A DNA stretch of 64,000 bases from Octopus sinensis (Eukaryota). Below are positions 1 through 12,639 of the stretch, in pieces; position 1 is the stretch's first letter; every line of letters begins with the position of its first letter. The stretch spans positions 35,650,001-35,714,000 of the forward strand of contig NC_043009.1 of assembly GCF_006345805.1 (NCBI RefSeq), written 5' to 3'. The position numbers and the translations under genes are program-made. The notes below the pieces were generated by a model, which was not told the DNA's origin, ran no database searches, and saw only the letters and a list, made by a program, of their open reading frames with translations.

Positions 1-1050
1 ACGTAGAGGTTTGGTGGTATCTTTGTACTTTTTGTTTATCAGGTGGGGATCTCCTGTTCCTGGATAGCGAAGCCATATCTTTCTAGGTGGGATACAATGT
101 ATTTATTATAGATCCAGGAGAGGCTATTCCCCTATTCAATGCTGATCTTGCTCTCTAGCTTACAGGTTACGTACACATACATTGCTTTTTGTTGGTATGA
201 TGCCTGCTTCTCAGCCAAGTTTCTGTTCGAATAGGCCAGTCCAGTCTCCTATGAGTCGCATGTGACATTTGTATTCTCAGGGTAATGGCACAGTAAATTC
301 TCCAACTATGAAGATGTTGTTCTCGCTTTTGAGTATGCTTGGAATATACACATTTCTTTTTTTACTCTCCAGCAGGTGTTATCCGAGTGATACAATGCGA
401 CATTCAAAGTCTATTTGGACTGACCTTATACCTCTATCTCCATTATTTCATCCTATGTAAATCCTGTCGTGTCACAGCTAATGTGGAAGTTGCCAGTGAT
501 GGTCAGTACCTACCTGGTTTTGATGTCCAGGCTGTGTGTCAGATCGACTGTTCCGTCCAATATCACAAATATTAGCACTAGTACTGGTATTGCAAAAGCA
601 TTGTGAGATATGGTCTTATTAAATGCAGACAACTCTGAGTTTCATATTTTCAGGAGTCTGCAATAGTGTCCTTCCGTTATTCTAGTTTTAATCACTACAT
701 CAATATATGCAACATTCTCATCGATTCCAAGGTCTTTAATCATCAGGAATAAGCCGTTGCTGTATATGTTCTCAATCTTTCCTTGGGTAACTATCATTTA
801 TGAGCCTTTACTTTGACCAAACCCATTCCTATATCTCGTGAGAATATTGAGTGTAGTTCTAATTGTCTCTTCACGTTGGTCATATTACCAGAATATAATT
901 ATGTGGATAACATTAACCTTATGCTTTTTTGCATATCCCAGCATGTAGCCTTGTTATTTTGTTAACAGGACTGACAAAGAATTCACTTCTAGAACATGCA
1001 GCATTACAGATAAATTATCACCTTAGAATATGCTTTAGCAGCCGTCAGTA
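1..1050 (-). mobile_element. Decayed R4/Dong-clade non-LTR retrotransposon, RT and downstream region
   Basis: Minus-strand translation across stops and frameshifts gives IF*GDNLSVML (GIFQGDSLSP motif), FSRDIGM/FGQSK and CRLLKI*NSELSAFNKTISHNAFAIPVL...LDIKTR*VLT, matching R4/Dong RT and thumb motifs and the better-preserved copy at 22-25 kb. Confidence 0.8.
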
Positions 1051-1097
1051 ATAACTGTGTGGACCATGTTGCAGTCAGTCATTCACTATAACAGCAT

Positions 1098-1184
1098 GAA
1101 TGTATGTATGTTTGTATGTATGTATGTATGTATGTATGTATGTGTGTATGTATGTATGTATGTATGTATGTATGTATGTATGTA

Positions 1185-1215
<31 letters not shown>

Positions 1216-1522
1216 GTATGTATGTATATATATGTGTATGTATGTGTGTGTATGTATGTATGTGTGTATGTATGTATGTGTGTATGTGTGTATGTATGTG
1301 TATGTGTATGTATGTATCTATGTGTGTGTATGTATGTATGTATGTGTGTATTATGTATGTATGCATGCATTATGTATGTATGTATGTATGTATGTATATA
1401 TGTATGCGTGTATGTATGTATGTATGCATGTATGCATGTATGTATGTATGTATGTATGCATGTATGTATGTATGTATATGTGTATGTATGTATGTATGTA
1501 TGTATGCATATGTGTATGTATG

Positions 1523-1553
<31 letters not shown>
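1098..1553 (+). repeat. Compound (TATG)n/(TG)n microsatellite, about 450 bp
   Basis: Directly visible; explains the MYVC/HTYI ORFs. Confidence 0.98.
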
Positions 1554-2563
1554 CATTTTGATCTTGTAGCACTGAGATTTCTTTTAGTTGTAAGATTCAT
1601 TTCTGCAATGCAGTGAATAATGACACTTGACTTGGTTGAATAAATTTAATACGGAATGAGATGAATGTAATTTCACTTATGTAGTTTATATTCATTAGTT
1701 ATCTAGAGGATCCGTGGTGAAATATTTTCCTCCATTTCGTCTGCTGCCGTCACAGCCATAAGCTTCGTAAGATCTCACATCAGGATAAAAGGTACATGGA
1801 CAATTACGTATACATACATACACACGCATACATGCACTTACATATATGCAGAACACACACACATAGATATTAATACATAGATGCACTCACATGCTCTCAC
1901 ATATGTATTGGTATATATATATATATATATATATACCAATATGAATGTATACTACGTGAAATATCAATAATATTCTGAAAAATTTTCATATTAATTTATA
2001 TTTAACTTTCTTTGCACCTGATCTCAAATGAACTTTGAGCCATATTAATTTCTATCAAATATTTGCATAGAATATTTTTGCAAGATTCTCTATTTCAAAT
2101 AAATATGTTGCTTCTGGTATCTTGTGTAGTCTTGTATCGAGCAGACACACAGCTATGGAAATTGCTGTCCACGGATATTAGAGGAATATATATTGGAGAT
2201 TAGAATTAATTACATCAAAATATTAAGAGAAGATAATATGATGTATTACAGCTAATTACTGAGATGATATCTCTTCGTCATAAAGAAATTGAAATAAACT
2301 TCAAGAATCGCGTTTTACGTAATTTGAAACATTTTCTATATTAGTGTGTTAGAAGAAAATTGTTTATGAATATATGCATGCCTATCGATTTTGTCTACGT
2401 TTATTTATGACCGAAACAAATAAATTTATCTACACACTCACACATTATACACATTATATATGTGTGCCTGTACCTACGTGTCTGTATGAATTTATACCTA
2501 TACGTTATATAGATAGGTAGCTAGCAAGCTAGCTATATAGCTAGATAGATAGAATTTGTCCAA

Positions 2564-2612
<49 letters not shown>

Positions 2613-3269
2613 TGTATGTATATACGTGTGTGTGTGTATGTGTCTGTGTATGTGTGCGTGCATACATGTGTGCGTGCATACATGTGTGCGTGCATACATG
2701 TGTGCGCGCACTTGTGTGTTCCTTTTATGGAAACTAATACAAATGAAGAACTTTGATCACTCGAACTGTTATATTCAATTAAATATCAAAAAAGGTACAT
2801 CTGAGCGGCGTAGAAACAACATACGAGTCTAAGACCTCCTGATATATGTGTCAAAAATCATAATGCTAGCTCTATACAAAGAGCAAGAACTACACAATAA
2901 GATGAAAGTAAATAACCTGAGCTAGGGTTGGGTTGTAACAACGGGAAAGTATCTCATAGCTTCTTATAAATTTGAATATATACTTTACCAAGCCATCAAA
3001 AACATAAAAGGGAGATTAGGAAGATAGTTTGGTGAAGAGCCATAGCTTCAAATTCTTATTAAAATCATCTAAGACTCGGTATTCTAAAAAAAGAAGCAAC
3101 ATCGACAAGAGAAATATATGAGTAACTGTGTTGCGAATATAGAGATAACATCATTAGGATAACTACTGAGATCAAAGGCAGATATAAAATAATATGTGAA
3201 ACAAATTTTTGTCCAAGGAGCATAGAAAATACAATACGCAATATAATAAAATTGAAATAAACTTGAAAG

Positions 3270-3440
3270 TAGAAAAGTGAGTATGAGTGGAACGAAAAGT
3301 TTAAAAGTGGTCGGACAAGTGTGACGAACGAAGAGGGAGAAGGAGGGCAGTCAACCTCCATTACTGACGACAAGACTCCGCAAGCTCAAGAGATGGTAAT
3401 GGTGAACCGGTTCATCATTAGCATCTCACACTGAAATTCA
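3270..3440 (+). mobile_element. Mariner transposase N-terminal remnant
   Basis: Translates YEWNEKFKSGRTSVTNEEGEGGQSTSITDD...QEMVMVNRFI, resembling the mariner HTH region (W..RFK.GRTSV.D..RSGRPST). Confidence 0.7.
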
Positions 3441-3671
3441 GATATAAAAATGGTGCGATCAGGCTCAAACTTCGATCACATGGCCGCATGGGCAGAAGGC
3501 AATGTGACAATTATACAGATATGGTATGGTGAAAGAGCGGATCATTTTTGACTATATATTTATATATAGTTAATCTAAAAATGAAAAAAAAAAACGAAGA
3601 GAAAACACAACGACGTGAGGATGTGGAACAAGTATAGTGTTATTGGAAGCTCAGGAAAGGAAAGAAGAAGG

Positions 3672-3712
3672 AGAATTTAAAGTTTCGGGCGGAGCTCTTC
3701 GTCAGAAACATA
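3672..3712 (-). ncRNA. Decayed minimal hammerhead-like motif (Penelope pLTR type)
   Basis: Minus strand reads TTT-CTGACGA-A-GAGC-TCC-GCCC-GAAA-CTTT-AAA. Core is present but stem II and stem III carry mismatches. A related decayed copy lies near 28045-28080. Confidence 0.4.
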
Positions 3713-4154
3713 GAAAAAGGAAAGATCCAAAGAAGGGATGTTGGAAGAAAAAATCACCACATACATACATCCGTACATACACACACATACATATAGATAT
3801 ATATATATATAAATATGTATGCATAGTGACTTCTCTATACTTCCATAGTATTGCTCGCATTCTCCTTCTCTTTATTTCTTTCTTTCTTTATCAATGGTGT
3901 TTATTACTATCTGACCATGACCTCACGGACGACTATTCGTTCATGCTGCATAGGACATTATGACTTCTACTCGAATGATCAGGACATTTTGGGGTATGTG
4001 ACCTTTGTGTATCGTATGTATTTTCACACCTGAAACCGACTTAGAAACCTTTTCTCATATTACACGTGTTACATGAACTGGTCTGGGAGAGGGGACGTTA
4101 CATGCAGCTGGTCTTTCAAGGGACTATATAAATACATACACACACGCATATACA

Positions 4155-4188
<34 letters not shown>

Positions 4189-4194
4189 CATACA

Positions 4195-4402
4195 TTATGG
4201 CTACCCCCTCGTTATCGAGTATGGCCATTGCACGAAGCTTAACTGTTACTGGTGCTGTGATCCAATGTGACTTTTTAGCCCACCTAAAGATCTACAATGT
4301 CTTGTACAGAATTGGCAATTAAAACCTTTACCGGTAATAGCCGGCTGTAGTTGTAACTGGGCTTTATGTATCTTTGGATGTCGCTTAAGTCCTCCTGCCA
4401 AA
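4195..4402 (-). mobile_element. LINE 3' end (RTE-like) with tandem C2H2-type zinc fingers and TATG tail
   Basis: GLKRHPKIHK...FNCQFCTRHCRSLGGLKSHIGSQH followed by a short 3' UTR running into a (TATG)n-like tract. Confidence 0.6.
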
Positions 4403-4409
4403 TTACACA

Positions 4410-4443
<34 letters not shown>

Positions 4444-4473
4444 CATACATACATACATACATACATACATACA

Positions 4474-4507
<34 letters not shown>

Positions 4508-4589
4508 CATGTATTGACAAACGCATGGCAACAATTGGTGTGTGTAGTATTATTTTAAAAGAAATGTTCCTAGGCTAAAATCTAGTTCT

Positions 4590-4790
4590 TTATCTATTGG
4601 AGACAAACATTAAAAAAAAACCATGACAAACTGTTGGGATCAGTCTCTATAACATTTAGTATTTTATGTATGGTTTTAGCACATTAGCATGTCGGGAGAT
4701 AATCATGCTACACAGGAATACCAGATTAAACTTGACATATGTAGATTAGAATTACATTACACTTAACAAATATATCGTTGGCTGTCGTAT
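4590..4790 (+). repeat. Diverged about 200-bp direct repeat, copy 1
   Basis: ccatgacaaactgttgggatcagtctctataacatttagtattttatgtatgg...ttggctgtcg aligns gap-free to 6560-6738. Confidence 0.85.
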
Positions 4791-5022
4791 TGGTTTGCTT
4801 CTTCAGGTGGTCAGGTTTGACAGGACTTTTACATCTATGGCCTAAAACAGGTTTCTTACAGATGTCATTACTATCGTTGAACTATCACGAACGTTAAGGA
4901 AACCTGCTAGTTTAGCTAATAATATGTAACAAAGTCTCAGTCTACTAGCATTCACTTTAGTTTATCGCGTAGTGTATTTTGTTGTCTCACTCTAATATCA
5001 TTTCTCTCCCTCTTTCTCTCTG

Positions 5023-5128
<106 letters not shown>

Positions 5129-5631
5129 GCATGTCTTTGTGCGCTACTGTTAGTTTCATGCGATAAAAGACGAAAAAGAAGTATATATAAAAAGTGGAAG
5201 GTTGAAAAACCGGAAAATGAAAAATAATCAGTAGGAAGCAAAAGGAGAATAAGAGATATTTCCTTTAGACCGTAAATTATATAGCTGAAAATATAGGGGC
5301 TTAAAGTTTATGGCACAGTTAAATAAATCCGGTGGGGGCGAGGTTCACTTCACGATTCTCACTTTTTCACTGGCCAAAGTTTTAGTTCGTCTTACCATGA
5401 TGGCAGTGTACGTTGATTGTGCTGGGAAACCAGAATTGTTATAAAACAATGATTGGCATGTTCTCAGCGCATAGAAATAGTAGTAGCACATAAAAACATA
5501 TTATGCTCATTGAATGGAATAGTTTGTTGATTTTACCATCAGAAAACAGCACACTATATCACAACGCACACACATATACATACACACATATATATGTATA
5601 TATATATATATATACTAGTATATGTGTTTGA

Positions 5632-5691
<60 letters not shown>

Positions 5692-6519
5692 GTATGTATA
5701 TATATATATATATTAATATGTGCGTGTGTGTGAATACACACATAAACATGTATAAACTCACTTATATACGTACACATATTGAAGAGAACGGAACACACGT
5801 AATTTAGCTAACTTTGTATATGTGCTTCTACATTGAAATACGAACATGTGCACGTGTGTGTGTCTGTGTACGTGTGTACGTGTGTATGTGTGTATGCACG
5901 CGCGCGTACTTGCGTATTTTTTATGACGAAACTGCCAAAGATAACAGAGAGAGTGAGCACTACTTAAACAGATATTCGACGAGCGAAATACTTATAAATT
6001 TCTGTTATAGAAGAAAAGTAATTTTCTTTTTCTTGAGGAAGAAAATTCGGCTATACAGGGACTCGACCTTTAGAGAAGGAGAAAAATACAGAATGAGATA
6101 TAAGGAGAAAGAAAGCGAACGGCAGGAAATATACAGGCCTCCTCGTATTAATCACAAAATAGAGGATGATTCAATACACATACACAGACAGACACACACA
6201 CACACACATACACATACACACATAAATACACACGTACACACATATATAGTCATGAATATATGTTTTTGTGCGTGAATCAGATAGTGGGGGAATGAGACTT
6301 ACAGGAACAACTACTTCACCATTATGAATATATATATTTTGTACAAGATTGTGAATTCGCTCAATATCTGTGGAAGGAACCTGCTTCACAGCATTAATGT
6401 AATTATCATTCATCCACGGCCGTGGGTGTGAATATTCTTAAGGCCAAATTTTAGTTTCTCTCGAACATTTCTAGGCTTGATCACTAATTCAGTTAGGCTT
6501 ACTATTACCAGTTGGATTA

Positions 6520-6738
6520 CTATTGGAGAAAAACACCAAAAAAAAAAAAGAGAAAAAAAGAAAAAACCATGACAGACTGTTGTGATCACTCTCTACAACA
6601 TTTAGTATTTTATGTATGGTTTTAACACATTAGTATGTCGGGAGATAGTTGTGCTACACAGGAGTACCAGATTAAATTTGACGCATGTAGATCAGAATTA
6701 CATTACACTTAACCAATATACCATTGGCTGTCGATATA
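6520..6738 (+). repeat. Diverged about 200-bp direct repeat, copy 2
   Basis: Homologous to 4590-4790. Confidence 0.85.
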
Positions 6739-7797
6739 AAGAATTGAATGCGGTTTCTTTCAGCAATGATGGCCCACACATTGAGGTCAGATAATTGAAA
6801 ATTAATTCTTTAAAAATAGGTTAGGTCAAGGTGTATGACCTAAAATGAGAGTAAGGCGAAACATGGAATTTGAATCAAAATATCTTACTTATTTTAGAAT
6901 AGCTGAGAAGACTCTTATGGCGAAAGCCGAGTTAAGAATTATTAACTAGAAAAACAGTTGTGTGATCTTAAGTAACGATAAAAATGGAAATAACCTCTAA
7001 AATTTACATTGGATTGAAATAGCAGTTCTGTTCAAGTGAAAGAGCTCAATGAATTGAATTTTATGGTGAAAGTCTCAAGAAATATTGGCTATAAAAACGT
7101 GGTATTGTTTTAAGTGACAAAATCATTCTGCTCATCTTTAAAAATTCAAGTAATTTTGTCATTTTGAGATATCTAATTGTACAGCACAATAACTGGAGTT
7201 TAGGGGATATTCGTTCGTCCCTCTGTAGCGGTTTGCTACGCTATTCTTTTCCGTTCTAAATGATGAAAACAAATGTGAAGGTGTTAAGAAATCGAGGCGC
7301 TTTTACTTTTTAAGAGAAAAGAATTATTTTGCATCAAGAGGAATATTGTTGTGATTTCATAGTAATTTTCATTATTTAGTTTAAGGATTAAAGCATGTAC
7401 TTATCAAGACATATTAAAATAAAATGTTCACCCATTAAAAAAATCGAACTATTAATGATTTAATTAGAATATAACGTTATTTTATCATTAAAAAATATTT
7501 AAACCATATTTGTTTGTGATATATATGCTGTTATTAAGCCTTTGTTATTTTAATGAGCAGGCATAATTTCTAAGTTTCAACAAAACTTGTAGGTTAGAAA
7601 TATTTATAATAGTATCATTTTTTCAATTATATAGATAAATATGATCATTATAATAACTGAATTGTTGCCTGAATTAAAAGTAAACTAGAATCAAAAATGC
7701 GGTCGTAGAATCCTCGAAATTTCTTAAGTGCTGACCTGGAAAGGTAGAGAACAACTAGTAATTAAGCCAGGAAAAATACTGGACAAGAATATATATA

Positions 7798-8048
7798 TCG
7801 TTGCTATTATGCAAAAGTGTGTTAAGTCCGAAACGTTGCTTTTTCAGAAAGCGAAAAAATACTTACACTATTCCATAGCAAAACAGTTGTACTACACTTT
7901 GACAATTTTTTATATCTAGGCATCTGAACCAGCTTGAGATACGATAGTTTGACCAAAAGGACTAGCTATTACAAGCAAAAATAAATATGGAAAAAAAATG
8001 GCATTTGGCCAATTTTGTACATACGACAGTTTAACATAATAGCAACGA
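7798..8048. mobile_element. About 250-bp MITE with TIR TCGTTGCTATTATG and TA flanks
   Basis: TCGTTGCTATTATG at 7798 and CATAATAGCAACGA ending at 8048, with TA on both sides. An inverted second copy lies at 51112-51357. Confidence 0.85.
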
Positions 8049-8089
8049 TATATATTAAGAAAGGCAAAATTCAACATGAAAAAAAAAGA

Positions 8090-8400
8090 TACAATATTCA
8101 CAGTACCCAAGTGTAATGATAACGGATGTGGTACGTGTCACAACATGCATACTGGTAGATCTATTAGAACAAAACATGGACAGATCTTTGCAACTGCAGA
8201 TATGAACCGCAAAAACGGAAATTTGATCTACTGCATTAAATGCCCTAATTGCGAGAAACTAAGGCAGAGAATGCATTATCGGAACGCTTATGAGTCTACA
8301 GACAACAAATCCGGAACACTAATGTTCTCCAAATTCCATTGAGCGAACATGAACGCTCGGTTCTTCAAACTTCCGATATTATGATTTATTATGGAGTTGT
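8090..8400 (+). mobile_element. Penelope-like element GIY-YIG endonuclease remnant
   Basis: KCNDNGCGTC...DMNRKNGNLIYCIKCPNC matches the PLE C..C.C / N.IY.I.C..C pattern; the YIG segment is deleted. Confidence 0.75.
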
Positions 8401-9050
8401 TGTTTTTTTTTAATATTCACCCTTGTTGTGTTTAAACACTTTGCGTTGGATGTCACGGCCCAGTCTCAAACCCACAGCATGAAACACATACATTCTTGAC
8501 TTGCTATTCTACTGCCTGAAGCAGTCTCTATGTGGTATTCAATAATTACTTTTTCTTCTTCATACGATTACTAAAGCAGGCAGACGTAACAGTCATCATA
8601 TCCTTCAAATAACATACGGCCCTCATGAAAAATAAAAGATGCACTGGATAATATTCTTTTTATTTTTTTTTTTGCTAATTTATGTTACTTAATGGCCATG
8701 AGCTGCATTAATTTCAGAAACTTTTTGTCGACATTATGGCCTCCTGTATTTTGGTAGATATCATTCTGATAATGCATGAAATGTATACTGGTGAATTGTG
8801 AGAGCGAAGATAATCAACCAGGCATAAATATCACACGGTGTTTCTGTTTTAAAATACCGGTTCTTATCCCACCCTTATACACACAAACACCCACACCCAC
8901 CCACACACACACACACGCGCGCGCGCACGCGCACACACACACACACACACACACAATACTGAACACACACACATACAAAACAAACAATCAAACAATACTT
9001 CAATTTTCTACACAGGTTCCGTTTATGAGAAGTCAATACGAAACTTTGGC

Positions 9051-9054
<4 letters not shown>

Positions 9055-9085
<31 letters not shown>

Positions 9086-9090
9086 AATGC

Positions 9091-9143
<53 letters not shown>
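9055..9143 (+). repeat. (GAT)n microsatellite
   Basis: Directly visible. Confidence 0.98.
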
Positions 9144-9454
9144 TATAACATTTAAGTTTGGTGAAGAAAATTATTTTATTCCGATCTCTTCCAAGATAAC
9201 CAGTCTGATTTCATTGCCTACAGAAGGATGCCAAAAAATAAACGTTTGGGAAACATTGCAAAAAATATTCTTGGCAATTCTTTAACTCTATTCCATACTT
9301 AGCTAAATCACTGAATATCCCCATGTAAAATGTAAAGAAGATACAGGCACACACAAATAGTCACAGACACACACACACACACGCACGCACGTACGGATGC
9401 ATACTTCGACACAAATAAACACACCACTCAGACATATAAACAGTCCTTCACGGG

Positions 9455-9544
9455 CATGCATACATACATTCAGACATACATACATAAATTCATACATACA
9501 TACATACATAAATCCATACATACATACATACATACATACATACA

Positions 9545-9578
<34 letters not shown>

Positions 9579-9582
9579 CATA
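9455..9582 (+). repeat. (TACA)n microsatellite
   Basis: Directly visible. Confidence 0.95.
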
Positions 9583-10078
9583 TGTATAACCACACTTAGG
9601 CAAGGACAGAGATATAAGCTACTAGGGCATACACACATACACAGCTATGTTGTACCATATGTTTTCTATATACTTTTCAATTATTGATTATTTGAAACTC
9701 CAACATACATACACGACCACAGCAATATTTGCATGTGTTCGTATGTAGTAAATTATGTGTAAGTATGTGTTTGTGAGAATATATAGATGTATGTGTGTAT
9801 GTATGTACGTGTGTGTATGTAAGTGTGTGTGGTGTGATGTGTGTGTGTGTTGGTGTGTGTATGTGTGTGCCTGTGTGCTTATGCAATTGTGCGTATGTGT
9901 CCGTTATATCAGCAATACAGAACGATAGTATCTGCTGAAATTATGAAAATATGGCCTACAGATATAATTATTACACTTCCAAAAGTAGAAATGTCTAACT
10001 GTATATTTTGCTAAATTCAGCTGTGGATAATATTAATGCAAAACATAAACAGACACACGCAAACACACACACACACAT

Positions 10079-10116
<38 letters not shown>

Positions 10117-10999
10117 TAAGACAAACAATGTCACACACATAGAAACATATATGCATACATATGTACTTTATGTATCTGTGGTTATGTGTGCATGTGTCTG
10201 TTTATAGGAAACCAAATTTCTTTCAAACAGGTTATATTGAAAACACCAATATCTTCGAGTTCTGTCTATTTTATTAAAGATTTTTCATATTAGCTTCCTA
10301 GTTCTTTGGAGCAATATAATTCCTAAATTTATAATTATTTGAATAATTCCTCAATTTACTCACCAAAACCAACCGATGTTGATGATGGTGTTTTGCAGTA
10401 ACCATTAAGGGTCATCGCAATAGTATTATAACTGAAAAAATATACCACGATCGGTTTAAATTTGCATAATGACTAAATCCGTGTGCTTGTAATTTATTTT
10501 ATTACTGTCTCTTATTTTTCGATTTATAATGAGCTATTTCAAAACTTCCATAATTATTGCCATGTTTTCCAATCACAACGCCGAATTCTTCGAAATAAGA
10601 CACAATCAGTCACCACTTCCGGCTTAAAACACTGATGGAAATCCAGATACACACAGAAACGCATGACAGGCACAATTTCTATATAATACAAAAATATTTA
10701 TGATACCATTTAACTTATGAAACATTTCTTCTCAACTGAAAGACTAATCAGTAATAGTGAAGCAAAAGGGAAACAATTTCAACCAACTCCTTCCCGCCGT
10801 GGAACCGACACTTATGAAAGAATTTTTAGAAGTGTCTACCGTCCAACACTTTGAAAAGCCACTAAACACTTCTAAAGATTAAAACCATAAACAGATTTTG
10901 GCATTCCAGAGTTTAACCGAAATACAGAAAGATTTTGATTATCGGCTTCTAGATATGCATCATCATCAACTTTGTCTCGAGATATAAACTAAAATTGGC

Positions 11000-12450
11000 A
11001 AAGGTCCACAGAGAAAGGAAATGAGAAGAACTCTCTTCTTAAAGGGATGAATTTCGTCTTATACAGTCGACTTTTTGTTTTTATCAGTTCAATCTTCTAT
11101 TTGCCCGTGTGTGATGTAGTGATGCATCTGTCTGGAAACGTATCAAACCCACATTCACAGTAATGTTAGTAGTATTCAGTAATAGCAATGGTAGTCATTT
11201 ACGATATTTATGTCTCCAACTGTACTCGGTGATTCTGTTTCCATATGTGTTCTCAGTAGCCTTCCATTTGTTATTCTAGAAGGCAGTAGAGTTTTTTGTA
11301 AAGTGGTTATACATTTGGATAACGTTTGAGCTTTATCAATCGTAGACAGGTCGATTATAGGCCTACATTATAATGGGTTGAGGTTTATTTCGTCTAATGC
11401 ATTCAACTTTTGCTTTTAATTTGCTAAACAATCATGTGTAAGCCGTTATTCTGATGTTGGTTCTTGTCTTGTCAGCAAATCGTTGAATTTCAACTGAGTC
11501 AATAAACCAATGCTTATACCTCACCTATATTTCTTAAATCTGTTGACCAAATGTTTTTGCATTTTCTGATATAACGGAATGTTCAAATTGATTATAGTTT
11601 TGTAACTTCTCAGTTAATCTTTGGATTTTTTTTTCTCTTTTCTCTTCAAGATTGATGAGATATTCACCGTTGTCGCCAGTAGCAAGCTGTCTGCTGGTCT
11701 TTCTAAAATTCTTTTATGCTTTGTTTCTGAGAGACTAGTATTGATTTCTATTTTGTTTTTATTGAATTAAAGGGAAAATAATTTTGTACTGGTGACAAAC
11801 TCATGTTTCTCTATTTCTCAAAGAAAATGGTTTTTTACAGCAGAATATTATAAGTTAGCAAGAACTACCTCCCTTTTAGCTTACTATTGAGTACTTTGGT
11901 TTTTTCTAATTTGTATTTCACTAATATTTATATTTCTCTTTTTGTTGCGGATATCGGGATTCCGTTTCTTTTAGCTTTCCTAGATTCCTCTGTAAGTTTG
12001 TTTTCATGTTATTTGCTTCGATTTAGATATTGCTATGTGAGAGTCTTTGCGAAGATACACGTATTCCTTTATAACTACTGGAACTACTGTATAGATTAAC
12101 CGATTTAGTCTGGTGATATTGATTATTGTGTTTTGAGACTGTATACGTTAGACCAGTTTTATGGCTGTACTTAGGATTACGTTTTTGTCATTTAATGTAG
12201 TATAAACACCCTGATATACATATTTTGTTATTCTTGTTTGTAATTTTTGCACTAGATTTACTCTCTCAACTTGCGTTGAATGTTTGTAATTTGTGTAATT
12301 CTATATGGGTGTTTTGGGCGGATTTGTTTCTATTTGCTTGCTTGAATTTCGATACATAACTCCCTTAAATTAACTAAAATTAGCAATATGCTTGGACAAA
12401 CCTTTGCTTCTTGCAAGTTTTCTCATGTACGTATATATCGTCGGACTTCA
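11000..12450 (-). mobile_element. Highly decayed RLE-type LINE remnant (HERO/R4-like, family uncertain)
   Basis: Coding-like minus-strand peptides: HEKTCK/SKGLSKHI (zinc-finger-like), NITRLNRLIY, and TDASLHHTRANRRL (faintly like the RLE TD...RPD region). Many stops. Confidence 0.35.
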
Positions 12451-12639
12451 GTTTGCAATATGCGACTGTGAAATGTTCATATAATAATGAAAAGAAAAGC
12501 TTTTCTGTTGCGTTCACCGAACTTAAGAAGTAATCCTCGCCGCTATATTACATTTGTATATATTGTTATAGATGTAAGTTCATTTCCGGAGGAGCAGAAC
12601 TAGGATAGAATTGAGTGAGGACTATATGTGACTAAGACC

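Noticed and set aside
1057-1616. Long MYVC/HTYI/IYIY/LLLL ORFs here and throughout the window
   Set aside because: Translations of stop-free microsatellites.
1906-1941. Perfect palindrome TATTGG(TA)nCCAATA
   Set aside because: Mostly self-complementary TA repeat; only 5-6 unique bp per side, so chance is plausible.
5398-5425. 26-nt minus-strand micro-exon (tttcccag...ATG|gtaaga)
   Set aside because: All frames are open and there is no supporting neighbour; such matches are expected by chance in 64 kb.
6900-6940. ctgagaag...GGCGAAAGCC as a hammerhead
   Set aside because: The core is not CUGANGA and the GAAA is a tetraloop.
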